29,347 nt of DNA from a virus (Duplodnaviria; Caudoviricetes): positions 1-29,347 of IMG/VR virus record IMGVR_UViG_3300020045_006425, one strand, 5' to 3'. Each line of letters starts with the position of its first letter. Positions within the stretch are counted from its first letter, which is position 1. The translations under genes were made by a program, and so were the position numbers. Shown piece by piece: positions 18,141 to 25,107 of the stretch. Under the pieces are notes generated by a model. It searched no databases. It was not told where the DNA came from and saw only the letters and a list, made by a program, of their open reading frames with translations.

Positions 18141-18335
18141 CTTTATTTCCTGGTTAAATTAATATTCTTCAAAACACTCTAAGAATGCGTTGAACAATAT
18201 CCGCTGTTGCTACCAGCGGGTTGTTCTTGCTGCATGGTCTACCGTTATCAGACGGCCAGCCAATCTTCAACGGGATTGATACCGTGCCACTGACTGAGTG
18301 GGCTTGGCGAGACGTTTTCTGTTTCGTTGCTGGCT

Positions 18336-18363
18336 ATTATCCACTAATAGCGGATGCTGTCAA
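18336..18363 (-). promoter_or_regulatory. PL promoter with embedded operator
   Basis: Minus strand TTGACA-16 nt-GATAAT. The near-perfect dyad ATCCACT-AAT-AGCGGAT (18339-18355) covers the spacer and part of the -10 box. Confidence 0.8.
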
Positions 18364-18543
18364 TCAAATAAATTTGGCTAAAGCGGATTATTTTAATAAT
18401 GTGTTTTGTAATATCCCTGTAATACACTTAACTATCTGATATTAACTGATATTATGATATGTAAGTTTTTTCCTACGCGTAAATACTGGAAAAAATCGAT
18501 GTATTTATGAGGATTTGATTAAAATTTGATGAATTTTAGGCGC

Positions 18544-18565
18544 AAAAAATCCGCAGTTAAGCGGA
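18544..18565 (-). terminator. Intrinsic terminator downstream of repressor
   Basis: Minus strand TCCGC-TTAACT-GCGGA-TTTTTT, about 10 nt after the cI stop. Confidence 0.7.
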
Positions 18566-18574
18566 GTATGTTTT

Positions 18575-19009
18575 TTAGTGGCCTTTGTCCTGGAAGATTC
18601 GCGTTGAATGGAGCTTCCTTTTCCATGATTCGCCGGGTTGCGATGGTTGCGATGGTTGCGATGGTTGCGATGGTTGCGATGGTTGCGATGGTTGCGAGTT
18701 AATAAAGTCAATGAAATTATTTATTAGCACCCGCTGCTCATTGCTATATATAGAAAGATCAATAATATCTGAGCTGTTGGCCTGCTTGGTGTGACGATCG
18801 CCCTTGCCGAGCATTAACCAGTCTGTTGTGCAATCAAACAGTAGGCATAGCTTAAGCGCCGAATCGTGGGAGGGTATTTTTTCTGATCTCAACCATTCTG
18901 AAACAACAGACTCAGATTTTCCCACAAATTTAGCCAATTGCTTTTGTGTTTTAAGTCCTTTTTCTTTTTGTAGTCCTTTTAGTCGGTCTGAAAACCCTGA
19001 ATATTCCAT
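18575..19009 (-). CDS. cI: CI-like XRE-family HTH repressor lacking an S24 peptidase domain
   Basis: FSDRLK...TQKQLAKFVGKSESVVSEW...P...L...CTTDWLMLG. ATG at 19009 gives 144 aa; divergent from cro. Confidence 0.85.
   Translation of the reverse strand: MEYSGFSDRLKGLQKEKGLKTQKQLAKFVGKSESVVSEWLRSEKIPSHDSALKLCLLFDCTTDWLMLGKGDRHTKQANSSDIIDLSIYSNEQRVLINNFIDFINSQPSQPSQPSQPSQPSQPSQPGESWKRKLHSTRIFQDKGH
18636..18697. repeat. 9-bp tandem repeat GGTTGCGAT, about 7 copies, encoding (SQP)n in CI
   Basis: Six perfect units plus 8 of 9 bases of a seventh. Confidence 0.97.
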
Positions 19010-19076
19010 AAGCGGATGATACGTTAAAACGAATCCGCTATTAACGCTTGCATTTAATCCGCTATTGACTAATAAT
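19001..19076 (+). promoter_or_regulatory. OR-like operator array and PR promoter
   Basis: AATCCGCTATT at 19032-19042 and 19056-19066, AGCGGAT at 19011-19017, and TTGCAT-17-AATAAT (19048-19076) upstream of cro. Confidence 0.7.
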
Positions 19077-19082
19077 GGAGCC

Positions 19083-19262
19083 ATGAACATATTCCAGAAG
19101 TTAGCAAAAGAATACGGCACCCAGAAAAAAGCCTCAGAAGCTTTGGGTGTTCCATGCCAAACATATTCCGACTGGGCTACTGAGAAAAAAACCCCGTCTG
19201 TAAAGTGGGCCAAAAAGATTAAAGAACAGCTAGGTGTCAGCCTAGATGACATTTACGGATAA
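19083..19262 (+). CDS. cro: Cro-like HTH protein
   Basis: 59 aa: GTQKKASEALGVPCQTYSDW...TPS...KI...LGVSLDDIY; divergent from cI. Confidence 0.8.
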   Translation: MNIFQKLAKEYGTQKKASEALGVPCQTYSDWATEKKTPSVKWAKKIKEQLGVSLDDIYG

Positions 19263-19267
19263 CCTCA

Positions 19268-19459
19268 ATGGCCCAAGACTTCGACATCAAAACCTCAGTT
19301 GATGAGGAAACCCACGATGACCTCCTTTTGACGGCGCGCCAGTACGGTTTTAAAACCCGTGCGGAGTTCGTCCGGTGGCTGATAAAAAGAGAATTGGCGT
19401 GGGCTAAACCTCAATTGCAGGTTACGCGCATGCCTGGCGTACTGAAAGGGAACGATTAA
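19268..19459 (+). CDS. Small ribbon-helix-helix-like regulator in the cII position
   Basis: IKTSVDEETHDDL...A...G..TRAEFVRWLIKREL fits an RHH pattern. Confidence 0.6.
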   Translation: MAQDFDIKTSVDEETHDDLLLTARQYGFKTRAEFVRWLIKRELAWAKPQLQVTRMPGVLKGND

Positions 19460-19890
19460 GGGGGATTAGTCTCCTAAGTAGAGTTACATAGTCGCTCCAA
19501 CTCAGACTTGGACGATTAGATTTAAAGCACCAACGACTTCAGGTTGAATACGGGTTCGGGTTGGTGAGAAGTGGGGGAAGAATGAGCAAGCCCTCGTCGG
19601 TGGGAATCACCAGAAGCGAATTGATACTCGTATCGAAGAATTGAACCTCGACCTAATAGTTAAGGGTTATCAAGTCTAGATAATCAATGAGCAGATAGGC
19701 GACCAGAGCCGAGCTAGGCATCTACTATGGGTGTTAATTCTGGTCAGTGTTAGCAGAACATATTTAGTGACTAACACCCTGGAAGCATTGCTTTCTTGAC
19801 GATTCAGCTTACCCGAAAGGGTAGGGGAATCTTTACCCTGAACACTGACACTGATGCTATTCGAGAATTGGAAAAGCCCCTATCCAGGGA
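19460..19890 (+). ncRNA. Candidate large structured non-coding RNA or structured ssDNA origin element
   Basis: No ORF of 60 aa or more lies within it, and at least 9 stems are visible by eye. Several stems need G-U pairs on the + strand; there is a GAAA tetraloop and long-range 7-9-nt complementarities. Family not recognised; boundaries approximate. Confidence 0.55.
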
Positions 19891-19931
19891 TTAAATATTA
19901 CAGGTTACTTACATTTATCAGAGATATAGAA

Positions 19932-20069
19932 ATGAAGAAAGAGAAAAAAGATTCGAGATTAACAAAGAAAGAAATAGCGGAGTTAATTGAGTCGCGGAAA
20001 GGTAAGGATAACGCACTCATGGATGCTGAATACAAGTTCGGTTCTAAGAAAGGCATAAAACGAACTTAA
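19932..20069 (+). CDS. Small Lys-rich protein, 45 aa
   Basis: MKKEKKDSRLTKKEIAELIESRKGK...; ATG 19932 after AGAGA is preferred to the ORF-track start at 19854. Confidence 0.55.
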   Translation: MKKEKKDSRLTKKEIAELIESRKGKDNALMDAEYKFGSKKGIKRT

Positions 20070-20106
20070 TCACTCATGGAAAGGGTGGTTTGAAACTAAC
20101 GGACAT

Positions 20107-20141
20107 AAAAAACCCGCTTAACCGTGAAAGTGAAAGCGGGT
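20107..20141 (-). terminator. Terminator-like hairpin oriented against the replication operon
   Basis: ACCCGCTT (20112-20119) pairs with AAGCGGGT (20134-20141); the A-run on the 5' side gives a U-tail on the minus strand. Confidence 0.5.
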
Positions 20142-20176
20142 AGTCGAAACTTAATCTCAAAGAAGGAAATTATACA

Positions 20177-20959
20177 GTGAAAGAAATCTCGATACAAAAT
20201 AAAAAACTGGTTATTGATATTAAAAAAACGTGGGAATCAGCACTGCTTGATTCAAAAAGCGCAATGAAAAAGGCGATTCTGACTGGCGAATTGCTCACAA
20301 AATTGAAAGAAAATACTCCACATGGAGAGTGGGAAAGCACCTTGAATGTGTCATTTGATGCCACATTTGGACGGTTTCACGCGGCAAAATTGATGCGAAT
20401 TTCGTCTAATAAGTTGCTTATCTCCGTCGCCAGTAATGGAGAAGAATTAACCATTAATGAGATGGCGAAATTGGTTTCTTCTGCAACACCAGAGCAGCTT
20501 GAAATAGTAAAACAACTCCAGGAAGTTGAAGAACTTAGAAAGATTAACGCAGAAGCCGCAAAAATAGCCAAGGCCGCGCTAAAAAATGCGCCTGAAATTA
20601 TCGAAGGCGAATTTGTCGAAGTAAAAACACCGGAACCCGCCGCAGAAAAACCAGAAAAAATCAACATTGAGCCTAAGCACATTGAAGACGACCCCAAAGA
20701 GTTGCTAATGGAAATTATTGAGCAACAAGAAATTTTGGTTAAAGAACTACAATCAGAAAATCTAAGTCTGGTAAAAATCCATGAATCAAATGAACCACTG
20801 CAACAAGCGCTTGAGGAGTTAAAGCGAGCAAAGGCCATAGGTAAAGGTTACGAGGACAGAATGTTGAGCTTGCAGAATGAGCGAAAACATTTAATGCAGG
20901 CCGCGCAACATTGGCAACGTAAATATGAAAAGCTGGTGAAATCCAATGCTACAGCTTAG
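20177..20959 (+). CDS. DUF3102-like protein with coiled-coil C-terminus
   Basis: AILTGELLTKLKE..PHGEW...A.KLMRI pattern; AAGGA RBS; overlaps the helicase start. Confidence 0.65.
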   Translation: MKEISIQNKKLVIDIKKTWESALLDSKSAMKKAILTGELLTKLKENTPHGEWESTLNVSFDATFGRFHAAKLMRISSNKLLISVASNGEELTINEMAKLVSSATPEQLEIVKQLQEVEELRKINAEAAKIAKAALKNAPEIIEGEFVEVKTPEPAAEKPEKINIEPKHIEDDPKELLMEIIEQQEILVKELQSENLSLVKIHESNEPLQQALEELKRAKAIGKGYEDRMLSLQNERKHLMQAAQHWQRKYEKLVKSNATA

Positions 20960-22433
20960 GAATTATCAGGAAAACAGCCTTGATGGCCTACGCGCTGGGT
21001 TTTCAGCGGGTCATCGTGTGCAAATGTTGTACTTACCAACAGGCGGCGGCAAAACTGAAATAGCCATATCAATGCTGGACAAGTCAGCAAATAATGGGCA
21101 TCGATGCGCGATGGTGATGGATAGGCGAGTATTGTGCGACCAGACCAGCGCAAGGCTTGATAAATACAACATTGACCACGGCGTATTAATGGCTAAACAC
21201 CCAAGGTTTTTAACGTACAAAACAATACAGATTTGTAGCGCTCAAACCCTTGAGAAGCGTCAATCATTTCCAAACCTGAAGCTATTGATTATTGATGAAG
21301 CCCACACCACGCGCAAATCGGTAGCAGAGTTTATCAAAAACAACGCACAGGTTAAGGTTGTCGGGCTTTCAGCGTCCCCATTTACTAAAGGGTTAAGGTC
21401 GATTTATACAAACGTGGTAAGCCGGTCAACCACTAAAGATTTAGTCGATTCGGGAATGCTGTCACCGTTGCGCGTTTTTATCGCTAAAGAAATTGACATG
21501 ACCGGCGCAAAGAAAACAGCCGGCGAATGGTCAACGTCCGAAGTAACCGAGCGCGGCGTGAAAATTACCGGCGACATCGTAGGGGAATGGAAGAAGAAAA
21601 CTTTTGAGATATTTGGAGAGCCTAAAAAGACAATCGTATTTTGTGCAGGGATTGCACATGGACAGGATTTAGTTGAGAAGTTTAAGGAAGCTGGATTTAA
21701 TTTCGTCTCGATCAGTTACAAAGACGACGACGAATTTAAGGCCGATACGATACGGGATTTTTCAAGGGACGACAGCAATATTCATGGCCTGATTGCCACC
21801 GATATTTTAACCAAGGGTTTCGATCAGGCCGACGTAATGATTGGCATTTCAGCGCGGCCATTCACTAAGTCATTTTCTAGTCACGTCCAGCAATTAGGGC
21901 GTGTCATGAGGCCGCACCCTGATAAATCTGATGCTATTTGGCTAGATCATTCAGGCAATTATTTGCGCTTTCAGGAGCAATGGAATGAGCTTTATTCTGA
22001 TGGCGTTAGTCAGCTTGATGACGCAGGAGAGAAAGCAAAAAAAGAACCCACAGACAAAGAGAAAGAGTCGGCAAAGTGCCCTAAATGCGGCGGACTGTGG
22101 CAGACAAACGGAGACGTTTGTACGCATTGCGGCTATACCAGAGTACGTATAAATCAGGTTATCGATGTCCCAGGAGAGCTTGAAGAAATCAAGGTTGGAA
22201 AGTCAAAAATAGCCGACAACGCAGAGCAGTTTTATCAAATGTGCTGCAAGTACGCACGAGAGCATAGCGCCCCTGATAAACAATATGGCAGAGCCTATCA
22301 CCTGTATTTAAACATCATAGGCAGCAAGCCTAAATGGGATTTTGACCGGACACCAAGCCACGATGTTTCGAGGGCTTTCATGGGTAAAATTCAGCAACAA
22401 AACATTGCTTTTGCAAAAGCGAATAAGCGATGA
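20946..22433 (+). CDS. Superfamily 2 DEAH-box helicase with C-terminal zinc ribbon
   Basis: LRNYQ, PTGGGKT, IIDEAH, LSASP, LTKGFD, QQLGRVMR and CPKC...CTHC motifs. Confidence 0.95.
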   Translation: MLQLRNYQENSLDGLRAGFSAGHRVQMLYLPTGGGKTEIAISMLDKSANNGHRCAMVMDRRVLCDQTSARLDKYNIDHGVLMAKHPRFLTYKTIQICSAQTLEKRQSFPNLKLLIIDEAHTTRKSVAEFIKNNAQVKVVGLSASPFTKGLRSIYTNVVSRSTTKDLVDSGMLSPLRVFIAKEIDMTGAKKTAGEWSTSEVTERGVKITGDIVGEWKKKTFEIFGEPKKTIVFCAGIAHGQDLVEKFKEAGFNFVSISYKDDDEFKADTIRDFSRDDSNIHGLIATDILTKGFDQADVMIGISARPFTKSFSSHVQQLGRVMRPHPDKSDAIWLDHSGNYLRFQEQWNELYSDGVSQLDDAGEKAKKEPTDKEKESAKCPKCGGLWQTNGDVCTHCGYTRVRINQVIDVPGELEEIKVGKSKIADNAEQFYQMCCKYAREHSAPDKQYGRAYHLYLNIIGSKPKWDFDRTPSHDVSRAFMGKIQQQNIAFAKANKR

Positions 22434-23380
22434 GGACAGACATAAAAACAGAACTTAAAGGCCGCTGGTCATCCGTCCTGCAATCAATCGGTTTTCCGGT
22501 CGAATCGTTAAATGGCAAGCATCAAGCCTGCGTATTTTGCGGTGGGAAAGACCGCAGCCGGTATGACAAAGCCAAAGAGGTTTTATTTTGTAATGGCTGT
22601 GGTCATCGTTACGGTGTCGAAATAGCTATGGAATACCTAAATCTATCCTACGGCGAAACCGCCCAACATTTACGACCTAATTTAAGGAATTACAAAATGG
22701 AAACAGTAAAAGCGCCCGACATTGAAAAGAACAAAGCTAAGCTACAAGCGATTTTAAAAGGGTGCGTTCGCATATCGCCGGATAACCTGGCCGGTAAATA
22801 TTTTGCAAAACGCGGAATCACAGCCACACCAACACACGATTGTTTTTTTAATCCGGTCGTTGATTATTGGCAGGATGGAGTAATGACAGCCTTACCCGCT
22901 ATCGTGTCGCGTGTTCGGGATCCAAGCGGTGAAATATCAACATTCCATATTACTTATTTGGGTCCCGACGGTAAAAAAGCCAACGTCGAATCACCCCGTA
23001 AAATACTGCCCATCATAGCGCCTATGCAGAGTGGAGCGGTACGGTTATTTGAGGCTACCAACACCGTAATTATTGCGGAGGGCATCGAATCGGCGCTATC
23101 TGCTCACATGGATTGTGGGTTGCCAGCCTGGGCAGCGATAAACGCCGGAAACATGGCCGCGCTGGTGATACCTGAGTCAATCAAACACGTTTATATTTTT
23201 GCCGATAGTGATGAGTCAATGACCGGGCAATCTGCCGCATACACACTGGCTAGGCGCTTGAAAGTGGCGGGTGGGCGCGAGACGGTAAAGGTTATTTTGC
23301 TAATCGACCAGCAGCAGGTTATCGATAGCGGACAGAAATATGACATAAACGACTACATCATCATGCAGGCGGCGGTATGA
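22430..23380 (+). CDS. Primase: P4 alpha-type Zn ribbon plus Toprim domain, no helicase domain
   Basis: HQACVFCGGKDR...FCNGC, IAEGIESALS and FADSD motifs. Confidence 0.88.
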   Translation: MRTDIKTELKGRWSSVLQSIGFPVESLNGKHQACVFCGGKDRSRYDKAKEVLFCNGCGHRYGVEIAMEYLNLSYGETAQHLRPNLRNYKMETVKAPDIEKNKAKLQAILKGCVRISPDNLAGKYFAKRGITATPTHDCFFNPVVDYWQDGVMTALPAIVSRVRDPSGEISTFHITYLGPDGKKANVESPRKILPIIAPMQSGAVRLFEATNTVIIAEGIESALSAHMDCGLPAWAAINAGNMAALVIPESIKHVYIFADSDESMTGQSAAYTLARRLKVAGGRETVKVILLIDQQQVIDSGQKYDINDYIIMQAAV

Positions 23381-23530
23381 CCGACAAGACAAGGGCAGTG
23401 GGAACGAACGCAACGAGTCGCTCTGGACTGTGCGGAGTTTATCAAAATGATTGCTGATAATTTTGGCAAACCGAACGCGGTAACAGTCACACTCAATAAT
23501 GGCAATGTAATTTTAGGAGCAATGCACTGA
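23377..23530 (+). pseudogene. Probable frameshifted small gene
   Basis: The protein-like frame (TRQGQWERTQ...FIKMIADNFGKPNAV) runs 23381-23530 with no upstream in-frame start; the coupled ATG at 23377 is out of frame. Confidence 0.35.
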
Positions 23531-23685
23531 TGAAACTAGGCGCAAACAAAAACGTCGCGCCGGAATCGTGGGTTGATTACATAGCTATCGGAATTGGGCT
23601 GCTCGGCGTGCTGGCAATGGGTGGATGGTGGTTGATTAGCTACGGATGGGCCTGTGTGTGCGGAAATAGTGGGGCTTGGCGATGA
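23530..23685 (+). CDS. 51-aa single-TM protein (not in ORF track)
   Basis: MKLGANK...YIAIGIGLLGVLAMGGWWLISY; AGGAG RBS; its stop overlaps the next ATG. Confidence 0.55.
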   Translation: MKLGANKNVAPESWVDYIAIGIGLLGVLAMGGWWLISYGWACVCGNSGAWR

Positions 23686-24452
23686 GTATAAAAATAGTCG
23701 TTCCAATATCAGGCGGAAAGGATAGCCAGGCATGTTTAAAGCTTGCGCTTGAGTCCTACGATAAATCGGAGGTTATGGGTTTATTTTGTGACACGCAATT
23801 TGAGCATACGCTGACATATCAACACATTGAAAATATGCGGGGAATGTATGGTGTGCATATTGAGAGAATATGCGCTGGAAGTGTTCCAGAAAAAATATTA
23901 GGACTAACTACACCACGATTCCCAAGCGGTACAGCGCGGTTTTGTACGGACATGCTAAAGATTATCCCCAGCAAAGTTTTTTATAAAGGATTGGCAGAAA
24001 AACAAGGAGCATTTGAGGTCTGGTATGGGATGCGAGGCGAAGAATCGCACGAAAGAGCGGCGCGGTATGCCGATAAAATCAATACTGAAATTTACGCCCC
24101 CCACGAGGTCATGAAAAATTATCCGAAATACCTGCATAAACTAGGCGTTAGTTTCAGATTGCCAGTTCTAGACATGTCCACGCAGGATATTTTTGATATT
24201 TTGTGTGGAGAAGAAAATCCGCTTTATAGTCAAGGGTTTGATCGTGTGGGGTGCTTCCCATGCCTAGCGTCTGGCGATTACTGGAAGCAAAAGGCATTTA
24301 TACATGATGATTTTGGTAGGCAGCAACGCAATATTGTTAAAGACATAGAGATAAAAATAAACAAATCGTGCTTTGTCGGTAAGAAAGCGGCTAGACGCGA
24401 AAATCCAAACAACACTGATATTTTTCAAGGTTGTGCAATATGCGCAATATAA
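23682..24452 (+). CDS. PAPS reductase family (PP-loop) protein
   Basis: ISGGKDSQA PP-loop, CDTQFEH, RFCT..LK..P, GMRGEES..RA, NPLY.QGFDRVGCFPC and a terminal CAIC. Confidence 0.9.
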   Translation: MSIKIVVPISGGKDSQACLKLALESYDKSEVMGLFCDTQFEHTLTYQHIENMRGMYGVHIERICAGSVPEKILGLTTPRFPSGTARFCTDMLKIIPSKVFYKGLAEKQGAFEVWYGMRGEESHERAARYADKINTEIYAPHEVMKNYPKYLHKLGVSFRLPVLDMSTQDIFDILCGEENPLYSQGFDRVGCFPCLASGDYWKQKAFIHDDFGRQQRNIVKDIEIKINKSCFVGKKAARRENPNNTDIFQGCAICAI

Positions 24453-24688
24453 GCATCTGGCCGTCATTTACCTTTCCTCCTGTGAATTTATGGGCATTGC
24501 CCAAGCAAAATAGAGACTTTATGCGAAATATAGCCGCAGACAACCGAGCCAAATCACTACAGCTCAACCCAAGACCACGCCAAACAAGTAGCTTTAGGCA
24601 TTTTCAGTTCGAACCTGCCAAAACCGAGGTACAGCGTTACATCGATGACCGCATGTATCAGTGTGCAAAATTTGGGGGTGGCCGGTGA
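24440..24688 (+). CDS. Hypothetical protein
   Basis: ORF bridging the PAPS-reductase-like gene and ninB, overlapping both. Confidence 0.5.
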   Translation: MRNISIWPSFTFPPVNLWALPKQNRDFMRNIAADNRAKSLQLNPRPRQTSSFRHFQFEPAKTEVQRYIDDRMYQCAKFGGGR

Positions 24689-25107
24689 AACGCATCTTTA
24701 AACACGACGACGAACGGTCGAAGTTTAACGCGGTCAGGGCGGTGCAAGATTTGCCGCTGGATGTGCCGATGATGATAACGATTGAGCCAGAGACTAGAAC
24801 ACTGGCCAACAATCGCGCACAGTGGCCGATATTGAACGCATTTGCAGATCAGTTGCTGTGGCCGGTCAATGGGGCGATGACAAAATTAAGCGGTGAGGAG
24901 TGGAAACACATTTTAACCGCAGCTTATCGACAAGAAACTGCGCGGGTGGCAATGGGGCTTGATGGTGGAATGGTATTGCTTGGGCATAGGACAAGGGAGT
25001 TTAAGCGCGGAGAATGGAGTGACTGGATGGAATTTTTAAACAGCGTAGCGGCTGACCGTGATGTAAAAATACCAATGAATAAAGGCGAGGCGGCGCGGTA
25101 TGAGTAA
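24685..25107 (+). CDS. ninB: NinB/Orf-family recombination protein
   Basis: RTLANN...W, E.WK..LTA, GLDGG.V.LG.RT and E.SD.MEF motifs; the GTG start overlaps the previous stop. Confidence 0.85.
   Translation: MKRIFKHDDERSKFNAVRAVQDLPLDVPMMITIEPETRTLANNRAQWPILNAFADQLLWPVNGAMTKLSGEEWKHILTAAYRQETARVAMGLDGGMVLLGHRTREFKRGEWSDWMEFLNSVAADRDVKIPMNKGEAARYE

Noticed and set aside
18505-18794. ORFs with (RNH)n and (GCD)n repeats
   Set aside because: These are alternative frames of the 9-bp repeat inside cI.
19010-19252. N-terminal extension of the 225-aa repressor ORF
   Set aside because: It runs antisense through cro and the operator region; the HTH begins right after ATG 19009.
19582-19644. 20-codon ORF after GGGGGA inside the structured element
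   Set aside because: Too short to support as a gene, although a leader peptide cannot be excluded.
19460-19931. tRNA, group I intron or hammerhead ribozyme
   Set aside because: By eye I found no cloverleaf with T-loop and CCA, no group I core, no interrupted flanking gene, and no CUGANGA/GAAA core in the right arrangement. A covariance-model search is still needed.
23682-24452. Complete Dnd/Ssp phosphorothioation system
   Set aside because: No cysteine desulfurase, DndD/E or SspBC-like genes are present in the window.
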